DNA from: an uncultured Acidobacteriota bacterium
GTDB lineage: Bacteria; Acidobacteriota; Thermoanaerobaculia; Gp7-AA8
DNA: 64,000 nucleotides
Assembly (NCBI GenBank): GCA_937870635.1
Contig: CALMZP010000167.1
Location: 40,917-104,916, forward strand
Reading direction: 5' to 3'
A program made the translations under genes and the position numbers. Of the stretch, positions 10,763 through 20,193 are shown piece after piece. Below the pieces are notes generated by a model. It was not told the origin of the DNA. It did not search any database and saw only the letters and a program-made list of their open reading frames with translations. How positions within the stretch are numbered: the first letter of the stretch is position 1; every line of letters begins with the position of its first letter.

Positions 10763-11908
10763 TCAGCGACGCTCGGTCGAAGCGAGCGGAGCCTCGGGCT
10801 TCGCGTATCCCTCGTGCTCTTCTTCGTAGCCGCCATGGTATCCGGCCTGGTCGGGACGCTTGATCTGCGAGTGCGGGACGATGCGCTCCCGGCGCAATCC
10901 GCGGAAGTCGGCCAGGCTCTTCCATCCGCGTGAAGCGTTCTTCTCGAGGAATGCCGTCATGCCCGCGAGCAGCTCCCTGATCACGTTCGGACCGACCGCG
11001 TGGTCGAGCATGGCCGCGGTGCAGACCTGCGCGGTGCCACAGCCGAGGAGGAAGTAGCTGAGAGCGTGATCGAACGTCGAGATGCCGCCGATGCCCGAGA
11101 ACTCCTTGTCGGGGAAGGCTTTCGTCAGCTGCGCCATCTTCGCCAGCGACAGCGGCAGGATGGCCGGGCCTCCCAGCCCGCCGGGCGATACCTGTCCTTC
11201 GACATTCATTTCGAACTCGAGGGTCTCAGGATCGATGAGAGGCAGCGACGGAAAGGTGTTCGTCGACGAAACGGCATCGGCGCCGCCGCGGAAACATGCT
11301 TCCGCCTCGACGACGATATTGGCCGTGGCCGGAGTCAGCTTGACCCACACCGGAATCCGGGCCACTTCCTTGACGGCCTGCGTCACGACCGAGCAGAGGA
11401 CCTTGTCCTTGCCGACGTTCGAGCCCATGTCTACGCGGTCCATGTGGGGACAAGAGAAATTGAGCTCGACCGCGTCGCAGCCCTCGTCCTGCATGGCCTT
11501 CGTCAGGAGCTGCCAGTTATGCAGTTCCTTGTCGTTTCCCGAGCCGGCCATGATCGATGCGACGAGGACCTTGTTCGGGTAAGCCTTCTTGATCTTCGCA
11601 AGTTTGCCGATCCACCAGTCCAGCGGTTTGTCCGAGATCAGCTCCCAGTTCCACGACGCCATGAGAGTGGTGTCGGGGCGGCGGTTCATCGACAGACGTG
11701 TCTGGCCGTTGTCCGCGCGAAGGAACTTGGTCTTCGGACCTTTCACGTTGGTGACGGGGTGAAGGCCGATGGTCTTGCAGACCACACCGCCCCAGCCCGC
11801 GTCGAACGCCCGCATGATGTTCGCGTCCGACTCCGTGGGCGGCGCCGAAGCGAGCAGAAACGGATTGTCGAATCGAATCCCTGTGAACACCGTCGACAAA
11901 TCGGCCAT
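10763..11908 (-). CDS. Dihydropyrimidine dehydrogenase PydA/PreA-like subunit (DHOD-like TIM-barrel domain only)
   Basis: FMN/dihydroorotate-dehydrogenase-like barrel (GIGGISTFDHALSYFLLGCGTAQVCTA; SCPHMDRVDMGS). It lacks a C-terminal 2x[4Fe-4S] ferredoxin domain. ATG at 11908 with a ggagga RBS. Confidence 0.75.
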   Translation of the reverse strand: MADLSTVFTGIRFDNPFLLASAPPTESDANIMRAFDAGWGGVVCKTIGLHPVTNVKGPKTKFLRADNGQTRLSMNRRPDTTLMASWNWELISDKPLDWWIGKLAKIKKAYPNKVLVASIMAGSGNDKELHNWQLLTKAMQDEGCDAVELNFSCPHMDRVDMGSNVGKDKVLCSVVTQAVKEVARIPVWVKLTPATANIVVEAEACFRGGADAVSSTNTFPSLPLIDPETLEFEMNVEGQVSPGGLGGPAILPLSLAKMAQLTKAFPDKEFSGIGGISTFDHALSYFLLGCGTAQVCTAAMLDHAVGPNVIRELLAGMTAFLEKNASRGWKSLADFRGLRRERIVPHSQIKRPDQAGYHGGYEEEHEGYAKPEAPLASTERR

Positions 11909-12074
11909 CGGAAGTCCTCCGTCAGTGGGAAACAATGACTATACCGCTGATCACCCGGGGGACGGGAATGGTGAATGCTGAGTGGTGAGTGTTGAATGGT
12001 GAACCCAGGGGATGAAAGCGTTCCGCTTCACCACTGACCATTCACCATTCCACATTCACCATTCCCGTCTCTTC

Positions 12075-13565
12075 TTAGCTCTCCGCGGGACTGGCTTGCC
12101 GGTTAACCCCCATCATCAGCAGGTACACCACAAAGCTGAGCCCGAACGTCACAAACCAGGCGTGTGTATAGAGGTGGTCGAAGAGGGTCGGTTCGGCAAC
12201 GACGCCGCCTGGCGTCACCGCGGCACGCAGGAAACCGGGGACGACCGGCGCCACGGAGGCGACGAGCGCGATCACCGCTTTCCAGTTCGTGCCGTTGCTG
12301 TAGGTGTATTCGCCTTTGAGCTCGAAGAGGTCGCGGAGGTTCAGCTTCTGCCGGCGTACGACCCAGTAGTCAGCGATGAGGATGCCGCCCAGCGCGCCCA
12401 TCAGGCTCGAGTATCCGATGAGCCACGTGAAGATGTACGCAGCCGCGTCGGAGTAGAGCTTCCACGGCATCATGGCAATGCCGATGACGGCGGTAATCAG
12501 GCCGCCAGTCACATACGAGATGCGCCGGGGGCTGAGATTGGAGAAGTCGTTGGCCGGCGAAACGACGTTCGCAGCCATGTTCGTCGTGATCTGTGCCGCG
12601 AGAACGACGAGCGCACCGAAGATGATCACGATTGGCGAACCGATCATCGTGATGAGCTCCACCGGGTCCCACACGGCGCGGCCGAAGACGAGAATGGTGG
12701 CGCTGGTCACGGCGACACCGATGAACGCGAACAGGGTCATCGTGGTGGGAAGGCCGAGCGCCTGGCCGAGCATTTGTGAGCGCTGGTTCTTTGCGTAGCG
12801 CGTGAAGTCGGGGATGTTCAACGACAGCGTCGCCCAGTAGCCGACGTTCGCGGTCAGCGCGGCGGGAAAGAGCGCCCAGAAATCCGTATCTCTGCCGGCC
12901 TGGAGGCGGGAAGACTCGGCGAGGATCCGGCCAAGGCCGCCGCCGCTTCGGATCGCCCAGAAGAGCAGCGCCAGCCCGCCCAGCAGAAGAAGGGGCGCGG
13001 CCCAGCTCTCGAGCATTTTGATCCCTTCGGTGCCGCGCAGGATGATCACGACCTGAATCGCCCAGAAGATCATGAAGGACACCGCGGTCGCGTACGGCAT
13101 TGCCGCCCAGCCTGGCCACATGGCCGTGAGAAGCGCGTTGAGGGCAATGCCCCCGATCCAGGTCTGAATGCCGAACCATCCGCAGGCCACGATCGCGCGA
13201 AGCACCGCCGGCACGTTCGCACCGCGCACGCCGAAGCTGGCGCGGCAGAGCACGGGAAACGAGATGCCGTACTTCGTCCCCGCGTGAGCATTGAGCACCA
13301 TTGGTACGAGCACGATGATGTTGCCGAGGAGGATGGTGATGAGGGCCTGGGACCAGCTCATGCCCTGGGACATCAGCCCTGAGGCCAGCGTGTACGTCGT
13401 GATGACGACCGACATCCCGATCCACAGCGCGGCGATGTTGTACGTCGTCCAGGTGCGGCGCGCCGCCGGTGTCGGCGCCAGGTCGGGATTCCAGAGCGGG
13501 CTGTGCGAGACGTCCGCATCCAGCTCCACGAAGTCGCGTTGCGGCGGGGCCGGGCTCGTCGTCAT
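12075..13565 (-). CDS. NCS1 family nucleobase:cation symporter (uracil/cytosine/allantoin permease-like)
   Basis: 12-TM NCS1 topology and conserved segments (e.g. GISFPVLCRASFG, IQTWIGGIAL). ATG at 13565 with a ggagga RBS. Confidence 0.9.
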   Translation of the reverse strand: MTTSPAPPQRDFVELDADVSHSPLWNPDLAPTPAARRTWTTYNIAALWIGMSVVITTYTLASGLMSQGMSWSQALITILLGNIIVLVPMVLNAHAGTKYGISFPVLCRASFGVRGANVPAVLRAIVACGWFGIQTWIGGIALNALLTAMWPGWAAMPYATAVSFMIFWAIQVVIILRGTEGIKMLESWAAPLLLLGGLALLFWAIRSGGGLGRILAESSRLQAGRDTDFWALFPAALTANVGYWATLSLNIPDFTRYAKNQRSQMLGQALGLPTTMTLFAFIGVAVTSATILVFGRAVWDPVELITMIGSPIVIIFGALVVLAAQITTNMAANVVSPANDFSNLSPRRISYVTGGLITAVIGIAMMPWKLYSDAAAYIFTWLIGYSSLMGALGGILIADYWVVRRQKLNLRDLFELKGEYTYSNGTNWKAVIALVASVAPVVPGFLRAAVTPGGVVAEPTLFDHLYTHAWFVTFGLSFVVYLLMMGVNRQASPAES

Positions 13566-13607
13566 TCATGTCCTCCGTTTGGGCGATTTCCTGGATTGTA
13601 AGGGCGA

Positions 13608-13689
13608 TTTGGACCTTGGACCTTGGACCTTGGACCTTGGGAGAACTCAGGCATCATCCAGGGTCCAAGGTCCAAGGTCCAAGGTCCAA
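13608..13689. repeat. Perfect palindrome of tandem heptamers (GGACCTT)x4 ... (AAGGTCC)x4 filling the divergent intergenic region; its right arm ends on the ATG of the downstream gene
   Basis: tttggaccttggaccttggaccttggaccttgggagaactcaggcatcatccagggtccaaggtccaaggtccaaggtccaATG. Confidence 0.8.
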
Positions 13690-14174
13690 TGACCGCGCGA
13701 GCGCTCCGTGGCGACCCCCAGCGGCCCGTTTTCGAGACCCGGTTCGATCTCGATCGGCATGACTTCGGAGTGAGCGGCGGCTCGGTGAGCCGCCATGGCA
13801 TCAGCGACAGGGTGAACGTCCATCTTCGTTTAGAGGGTGTGATCGTGTTTGCGTATCACACCGATCGTACCGGGGTTTACAACCGGCCTGGCGTTCGTGA
13901 CTGGCGCTTGAAGGGATGGGCGAAGACCGATGAGCAGGGGCGGTTCGAGTTCCGCGCGATCCGCCCCGGGTCGTATCCCGGCCTGCGGCCGCCTCCGGCC
14001 CACATTCACGTCACGATCGACGGCCCCGGCCTTCCGCGACGCTGGACCGAAGAGATCGAGTTCGCCGACGACCCGCTCCTGGCCGACAAGGCTCACGCGC
14101 TCCCGGTGACGACGCGCAATGGAGTGCAGCACGTGAACTACACGATTCGGGTGAAGGAGACGGGAAAGTGTTGA
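13689..14174 (+). CDS. Intradiol ring-cleavage dioxygenase-like (Dioxygenase_C family) small protein
   Basis: RPGSYPGLRPPPAHIHVTIDGPG ... EEIEFADDP, matching the Y/H iron-ligand region of intradiol dioxygenases. The longest ORF begins at 13623 inside the repeat, so the ATG at 13689 is preferred. Confidence 0.55.
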   Translation: MTARALRGDPQRPVFETRFDLDRHDFGVSGGSVSRHGISDRVNVHLRLEGVIVFAYHTDRTGVYNRPGVRDWRLKGWAKTDEQGRFEFRAIRPGSYPGLRPPPAHIHVTIDGPGLPRRWTEEIEFADDPLLADKAHALPVTTRNGVQHVNYTIRVKETGKC

Positions 14175-14208
14175 GGGTGACGCGGTGCTGCACGCTCTTG
14201 CGCAGCGG

Positions 14209-14240
14209 AGTGGAGCGCGGGCGACCTCGCCCGCGGGCTG
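14209..14240. repeat. Single degenerate copy of the REP-like palindrome (gtggagcgcgggcgacctcgcccgcgg)
   Basis: Matches the GTGGAGCGCGGGCGA..TCGCCCGCG family that recurs at 25297, 29977, 45615, 53800, 60604 and 62498. Confidence 0.6.
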
Positions 14241-14327
14241 CAACAGGGCTGCTCGAGTGATGCAAGGGCCGACGCGGGCGGGGTTGCCCGCGCTCCACCG
14301 GCTTACTATGCTGCAGCACTCTGACGG

Positions 14328-15809
14328 TCAGCTCATCCAGTTCGTACCGGCTTCGCGGTTCCACTTGGTCGTCATCTTCTTCGGCTTCGTCCAGAAGTCG
14401 ATCGAGCTGCGGCCGGTGATGTCGCCGGCGCCGAACTTCGATTCGTTCCAGCCGCCGAAGCCGAAGGGCTCGCGCGGAACGGGGACGCCGACGTTCACGC
14501 CCACCATGCCGGCGCTGGCCGTCTCCATGACGTGGCGTGCGATGCCGCCGCTCTCCGTGAAGACGCTCGCGGCGTTGCCATAGCGCGACTTCGACTGCAC
14601 TTCGAGCGCTTCGTCGATGTTCTTCGCGCGGATGATGACCATCACCGGGCCGAAGACCTCTTCCTGCGCGATCCGCATGTCCGGGGTGACGTGATCGATC
14701 AGCGTCGGCCCGATGTAATAACCGTTCTCACGGCCCGGCACGACGTAGTTCCGGCCGTCGACGAGGATTTTCGCGCCGGCACGTTCCGCTTCGCCGATGT
14801 ACTTTTCGATCCGCTGCTTCGCTTCACGCGAGATGACCGGGCCGATGTGCGTTCCCGGCACCATTCCCCGGATCACCTCGACCATGCGTTCGATGATGTG
14901 ATCGCTCTTGCCGACGGCCATCATCACCGACGCGGCCATGCAGCGCTGGCCGGCACAGCCTGACATCGAAGCCACGACGTTCGACGATGTCATCTCCGGC
15001 TCGGCATCGGGCATGACGAAGAGATGATTCTTCGCCCCGCCGAGTGCCAGGACCCGCTTCAGGCTGGCCGTGCCGCGGCGATAGACGATCTTGGCCACGC
15101 GCGTGGAGCCGACGAACGTGATCGCTTCGATGTCGGGGTGATCGCAGATCGCTTCGACGGTCTGCTGCCCGCCATTGACGATGTTGAACACGCCGTCCGG
15201 CAGCCCCGCTTCGCGGAGCAGCTCGGCGATGCGCACGGCACTGAGCGGCACCAGCTCGCTCGGCTTGAGGATCATGCAGTTGCCGAGAGCGAGGGCATTG
15301 GGAAGGGTCCAGTTGGGGACCATGTTGGGAAAATTGAACGGAGTGATCGAGGCCACCACACCCACCGGGAACCTTTCCACACGGCACTCCACCCCCCGGC
15401 TCACTTCGAGGATCTCTCCCGCGGTGAGCTGCGGGAGAGAACAGGCGAACTCGGTGAGCTCGGCGGACTTGAGCACTTCCGCGCGCGCTTCGCTGTCGAT
15501 CTTCCCGTTTTCTTCGGTGACGAGCGCCGCGAGCTCGTCGATGTTCTTCTCGAGGAGTGTCTTGTAGCGGAAGAAAACCTGGACCCGCTCTTTGATGGGA
15601 GTCGCTGCCCAGGCAGGGAAGGCCTTCTTCGCAGCGGCAGCGGCCTTGTCCACTTCACTCTCGGTCGAGAGCGGAACGCGGGAGATCACGCTACCGTCTG
15701 CCGGATTCGTGACGTCGAGGTGCTCGCCTGCGGGATCGCTGAAGCTGCCGCCGATGAAATTCAGTGCAGCGGGGTATCGGATGGGTGCGGTTCGTTCGAC
15801 GACGCTCAT
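14328..15809 (-). CDS. mmsA: Methylmalonate-semialdehyde / malonate-semialdehyde dehydrogenase (CoA-acylating)
   Basis: Aldehyde dehydrogenase fold with the catalytic Cys in MSGCAGQRCMAASV and full-length MmsA-like sequence. ATG at 15809 with a gaggag RBS; the upstream ORF extension to 16190 is non-coding. Confidence 0.9.
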   Translation of the reverse strand: MSVVERTAPIRYPAALNFIGGSFSDPAGEHLDVTNPADGSVISRVPLSTESEVDKAAAAAKKAFPAWAATPIKERVQVFFRYKTLLEKNIDELAALVTEENGKIDSEARAEVLKSAELTEFACSLPQLTAGEILEVSRGVECRVERFPVGVVASITPFNFPNMVPNWTLPNALALGNCMILKPSELVPLSAVRIAELLREAGLPDGVFNIVNGGQQTVEAICDHPDIEAITFVGSTRVAKIVYRRGTASLKRVLALGGAKNHLFVMPDAEPEMTSSNVVASMSGCAGQRCMAASVMMAVGKSDHIIERMVEVIRGMVPGTHIGPVISREAKQRIEKYIGEAERAGAKILVDGRNYVVPGRENGYYIGPTLIDHVTPDMRIAQEEVFGPVMVIIRAKNIDEALEVQSKSRYGNAASVFTESGGIARHVMETASAGMVGVNVGVPVPREPFGFGGWNESKFGAGDITGRSSIDFWTKPKKMTTKWNREAGTNWMS

Positions 15810-16338
15810 GCTGTCTCCTCGTATGTGGACGGGAAATGTACGCTTCTGGCCGCAGGAATCAAGCTGGTGGCTGCAAAGGAACGGTTCGGTTTCTGCACGA
15901 ACGCGGCCGGATGCGCGACACATGCGTCGGGCGCTGCGGTTGATCAGAAACCCGAGCCTCTGTCTCGAAACACAATGCTTTCCGATCTGTTCGTCGTGAT
16001 CGGACCGCGCTGGTGCTGGTCCTGTTTGGTTGGGCACCAGATGCTTCCCGCTAGGGCATTTCGGGTACTGGACCTGGGCAGGATTGATACTTGTGCATTT
16101 GGTGGCGCAAGGAATTCTCGCAAGAATTCCAGCGAGCGAGACGCGTCTCGGCGAGGTAGAAGACCATGCACTGATCGGATGAGAGCTCAATCCCTCAGCG
16201 AACGAGTGTGTTCACTTGACCCGCTCCCTACCAACAAGCGATAGACAACAGGATTGACTGCATTCCGCAGCTTGATCGCCGGCATTACTAACTGCTCGGT
16301 CGAAGTCAGAGAGCACCAAGTCGTAGCCATCATGGTAT

Positions 16339-16857
16339 GTGGCGAATCGCCTGAGCATCGTCTATCACGCCCGTAACTCCGTTCGCACCGACATTTTTCT
16401 ATCTTCCGCGAGCTGCACAATCGGTAACCCGGCAAATTGTGCTTGGCAGTTTCCAGCCAAGATCAACGACAACGCCATCAATGGGCAACCAGTGGTGGGC
16501 GTTGACACGAATACCGACCAATTCATGCCTGGCATTGATTACACGAGTTCAGGCAACCTGATCGTCACCTTTTATGACCGCCGCGAAGATGCGAACAACA
16601 TCTCTTACCACGAATACTTTGCTCATGTATCGGCGATCGGAGGTTACATCGAGCCCAACCGGCGTGCGTGCCCGACGTGTCCCGCAAGCGATCCGGGCAC
16701 GCTTGTATTGCCAGGTGCGGCGCGCGATCGATTCATCGGCGACTACCAGGATGTGTGGACTGATTCGTATCCAGAAGGCGAGCGAGCTATCAGCGCATGG
16801 GTGGAAGTGATGAGCGGAGGCCGATCGGACATCAACTGGTCGAGACTTGGGTATTGA
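16339..16857 (+). CDS. Hypothetical protein in a lower-GC island; possibly the C-terminal fragment of a larger beta-propeller/BNR-like protein
   Basis: GTG start. Lower GC than the flanks. Ends ...FIGDYQDVWTDSYPEG...INWSRLGY. No N-terminal signal or domain. Confidence 0.35.
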   Translation: MANRLSIVYHARNSVRTDIFLSSASCTIGNPANCAWQFPAKINDNAINGQPVVGVDTNTDQFMPGIDYTSSGNLIVTFYDRREDANNISYHEYFAHVSAIGGYIEPNRRACPTCPASDPGTLVLPGAARDRFIGDYQDVWTDSYPEGERAISAWVEVMSGGRSDINWSRLGY

Positions 16858-16870
16858 GAGGAAGTTGACG

Positions 16871-17581
16871 ATGCAAGTACGTATCGCTCTCTTTTGCTGC
16901 ATCATTTTCTCGAATGCGTTCGCTCTCAGCGCCGGGGAGGTCTATATTATTCGCGGAGACGCGCGCGGACGACCTGACGTAGCTCCGTCCCGGTTACTGT
17001 GGACTGTGGAAACGCTGGTGATGAATCCCGGCCAGGCCGATTCCGAGATTCGTCTCCTGGAGATTTCTAATGGGGGAGTTCTCCGGGAACCCGCCACTGT
17101 TCCGATCCCGGCCGAACGCACGATTACGCTCAATCTCGCCGAGTTCATCCGGCCGCTGGATCCGTTGTGGGTAATCCGAGCGGACATTCCTGACCATCTG
17201 ATTGTTGCGGGTTTCCTGCGGGTCGGTGTCTCGGTGGACGTTCCGGTTCCCATCGACCACCCTACTGCGTTTGGAAAGGCTCGCATGCCCGTCATCCGAG
17301 CGTTAGTCCCTCCGGGCCAAAGGCAGATCCATTTGGGGACTGACCTTGGGAGCCGTCCAGCACGGCTGAACGTCGGCATCTTCAATGGCGAAACAACTCC
17401 GGCCTTCGCGCACATTGAAGTGCGGAGCCATTGCGACGATCGGGTTCTTCAGAGCCGCACTGTGAATGTGCCGGGAAATACTCTGCTGCAGTTCCCCAAC
17501 TTTATGGCATCGACGGAGATCTGTGGACTTCCCCGCGATTGTCTCCGAGGGTGTATACGTAGTGGTAACGATGGACCGTAG
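16871..17581 (+). CDS. Secreted hypothetical protein (signal peptide MQVRIALFCCIIFSNAFALSA)
   Basis: gagagg RBS followed by an ATG at 16871. Lies in the lower-GC island. Confidence 0.5.
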   Translation: MQVRIALFCCIIFSNAFALSAGEVYIIRGDARGRPDVAPSRLLWTVETLVMNPGQADSEIRLLEISNGGVLREPATVPIPAERTITLNLAEFIRPLDPLWVIRADIPDHLIVAGFLRVGVSVDVPVPIDHPTAFGKARMPVIRALVPPGQRQIHLGTDLGSRPARLNVGIFNGETTPAFAHIEVRSHCDDRVLQSRTVNVPGNTLLQFPNFMASTEICGLPRDCLRGCIRSGNDGP

Positions 17582-17678
17582 CGGTTTTTCGTTTGTGTCG
17601 ATCTTGTCACAGCGAGATCCACCGGGGGTCACGTTTGACGTCGCCCCATAAGTAGAGCTGCTACGCTGCGCTGGTCCA

Positions 17679-19613
17679 CTAGTCAGCAGCGAGGGTTGTG
17701 TCTGTCGCCGGTTGCCAGTCGCTCCGTTTGCCGAAGAGCATCACACCGGCGATGATCACGATCGTGCCGACGGCAAGCGAGAGCCACGGGCTCAGTCCGT
17801 ACGCCGTGGGAATGTCACCGACGATCATGCCCAGGACGCCGATGGCCAGAGCGTAGGGGAGCTGCGTTCGGACGTGCGCGATGTGATCGGAGCCTGCTCC
17901 CATGCTCGAGAGAATCGTGGTGTCGGAAATGGGAGAACAGTGATCGCCCCACACGCTGCCCGCGAGCACCGATGAGATGGTCCCCAGCATCAGGATGTGA
18001 TGCAGCTCCGTCCCATTCGGATGTCCCGCCGCCACGGAGAGCCGGTGCGCGATCGGGATGACCAGCGGCATGAGGATGGCCATCGTGCCCCACGACGTAC
18101 CGGTGGCGAACGAGATCGCCGCCGCGGCGATGAACACCAGCACAGGAAGGAAATGCGGTGAGATCACTCCCTCGGCGATTCCGACCACGAAGTCGGCCGT
18201 GTGCAATTCGATCGTGATGCGGCCGATGCCCCAGGCGAGCACGAGGACGATGATCGCCAGGAGCATCGACTTGAAGCCTTCGACAAGGGCTTCCATCGCT
18301 TCCTTCATCGTGAGGAGGCGCTGCGCAAGCGGCAGGAACAGCGCGACGAGCACCGCCGCCAGGCTGGCCCACAGCAGGCTGTCGATGCTCGACGCATTGG
18401 AGAAGACTTCGCGCAGCCATGCGCCCGTCGCCGGATAGTCGGCGCGGTTCAGCCCGGCGGCTCCGGAGACATACATGCCCCAGAGGGCGACGGCAACGAC
18501 GGTGGCAATCGGAATGAGCGCGTTGAAAGCGCGGTGTGGAATGTTGCCGGGCGCGGTGAGTGCGACGGCGTTGTAATCCGCCAGCGGTGTATCGCCCGGC
18601 GCGACGACCGCGCCCGTCTGACTGGCGCGAAGCTCGGCTTTGAGCATCGGTCCGAAATCGCGGCACGTCGCGGCGATCGTGAATCCAAGGACGAGCGCGA
18701 GAATCGGATAGAAGCGGAACGGGATCGTCTCGAGGAATGTCAGGTAGGGGTTCATCGTGATGCCGAGCTGCGTGAAGGCGGCGGCGATCAGGCCCACCTC
18801 GAATCCGATCCAGGTGGAGATCGGGAAGACGCTGGCGACCGGTGCCGCCGTGGAATCAACGATGTACGAAAGCTTCTCGCGGCTGATGCGCAGCCGGTCG
18901 GTGATCGGGCGCATGGTGGAGCCGACGATCAGCGTATTGGCGTAATCATCGAAAAAGATGATGACGCCCATGATCCAGGCGGTGAGCTGACCGCGACGCG
19001 GTGTCGTGGCGTAGTTGCGCACGCGTTCGACGATTCCCATCGTTCCGCCGCTCTTGCTGATCAGGCCGATCATGCCGCCGAGGAGCATGGAGAAGAGGAC
19101 GATCTTGGCGTGGTCGGAGTCGGCCAGCGCCGGTGCGACGATGCTGTCGATCGATCGTGCGAACGCCGTGATGGGGTTCCAGTTGTAGAGGATGAGCGCG
19201 CCGGAGAAGATGCCCAGGGTCAGGGAGACGAGGACTTCGCGAAGGATCAGGGCCAGCACGATCGCCACGACTGGCGGAATGATCGAGAGCCAGCCCGGGA
19301 TCGCCCGGATGGTCGTCTCCGCGGTTACGGCTCCGGCGCGAACCCGCACCGTTTGGCGGTTTCCCGTCGGCTTGATGGTATCGATCACGATCGTCTGCTC
19401 GCCGTGCGCCAGCTTGATCTGCTGCACGGGGCGGCCGTCGATCAGGAGTGTCGCCGGCGCACCGGGCGCGAAACCGTCGGCCGTGAGCTTGACGTGGAAC
19501 CGGCCGCCTCGCAGCGCGACTCCGGAATGCTCGACCTTGAGAGCGGGCGCCTGGGCGGCGAGCGGCGACGAAACTGCGAAGAGCAGAGTGAGGGCGCAAA
19601 GAAGCTTCTTCAT
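17679..19613 (-). CDS. NhaC-family Na+/H+ antiporter with an N-terminal extracytoplasmic domain of about 100 aa
   Basis: Signal peptide followed by a beta-rich domain, then an NhaC core (e.g. FFDDYANTLIVGSTMRP, GTSWGTMAILMP). ATG at 19613. Confidence 0.85.
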   Translation of the reverse strand: MKKLLCALTLLFAVSSPLAAQAPALKVEHSGVALRGGRFHVKLTADGFAPGAPATLLIDGRPVQQIKLAHGEQTIVIDTIKPTGNRQTVRVRAGAVTAETTIRAIPGWLSIIPPVVAIVLALILREVLVSLTLGIFSGALILYNWNPITAFARSIDSIVAPALADSDHAKIVLFSMLLGGMIGLISKSGGTMGIVERVRNYATTPRRGQLTAWIMGVIIFFDDYANTLIVGSTMRPITDRLRISREKLSYIVDSTAAPVASVFPISTWIGFEVGLIAAAFTQLGITMNPYLTFLETIPFRFYPILALVLGFTIAATCRDFGPMLKAELRASQTGAVVAPGDTPLADYNAVALTAPGNIPHRAFNALIPIATVVAVALWGMYVSGAAGLNRADYPATGAWLREVFSNASSIDSLLWASLAAVLVALFLPLAQRLLTMKEAMEALVEGFKSMLLAIIVLVLAWGIGRITIELHTADFVVGIAEGVISPHFLPVLVFIAAAAISFATGTSWGTMAILMPLVIPIAHRLSVAAGHPNGTELHHILMLGTISSVLAGSVWGDHCSPISDTTILSSMGAGSDHIAHVRTQLPYALAIGVLGMIVGDIPTAYGLSPWLSLAVGTIVIIAGVMLFGKRSDWQPATDTTLAAD

Positions 19614-20103
19614 GAGTCGGACGCGCGCGACTCTAACACGCTAACGCCCGGCGCATGTTCTCAGGTGTGGTGCGGATGGGATAGAGGTACACGTGGTCGC
19701 GCCGATGATTCGTACGCAGGCCGATGAGGTCGCGTTCGTCGCCGATGACGTTCATCAGCACCGAGATCGTATGTGCGCGTCTCGTAGCGGTATGCCTGCG
19801 CTGCCATCCGTCCTGATCCGGGGCCGCCGCGAGACCGACGCGTGCGGTGGATGCCATCGAGGGACAAGGAAGGATCGCAGTCACGTGTGACGCCGGCGGC
19901 CTGACGGGGCGCGATTCAGGCCCTGGCATCGCCGAGGAGATCAGGGACGAACTCTTCACCGCGCTTTTTTGACGCGAAAAGACGGCCCCGGCCTGGATCT
20001 GACGATTGATCAGGAAATCCTTACGAATCATGGATTTGCGTATGCGTTGGAGAATCATCCCGGCGGCGGGGCGCAGTTTCGGATCACATGGTGACGTCCC
20101 GGG

Positions 20104-20117
20104 GTGACACCCGTCAC
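20104..20117. promoter_or_regulatory. GTGAC-N4-GTCAC palindrome upstream of the Crp/Fnr gene (candidate autoregulatory operator)
   Basis: ggGTGACacccGTCACa, centred about 83 bp upstream of the ATG at 20194. The same 5-4-5 palindrome occurs twice upstream of PFOR. Confidence 0.35.
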
Positions 20118-20193
20118 ACGGACCGGTGACGCGGCTCCATATCGCGTGGAGATGACCACCTCTAGATTATGTGACGACAGATCGGAGGCAGTT

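Noticed and set aside
12370-13569. 399-aa minus-strand ORF overlapping the NCS1 transporter in another frame
   Set aside because: Arg/Pro/Gly-rich low-complexity translation; the NCS1 frame has clear transporter homology and the proper RBS.
17815-19727. Several 200-500-aa ORFs on both strands over the nhaC gene (17815-18666, 18201-19727, 18946-19599)
   Set aside because: They are antisense or off-frame to the NhaC transporter and give Arg/His/Asp-rich junk translations.
19614-20193. 570-bp intergenic region upstream of the Crp/Fnr gene as a possible ncRNA or riboswitch
   Set aside because: No recognisable riboswitch consensus, tRNA-like or terminator structure. Only the TGAC-type repeats noted as candidate operator sites.
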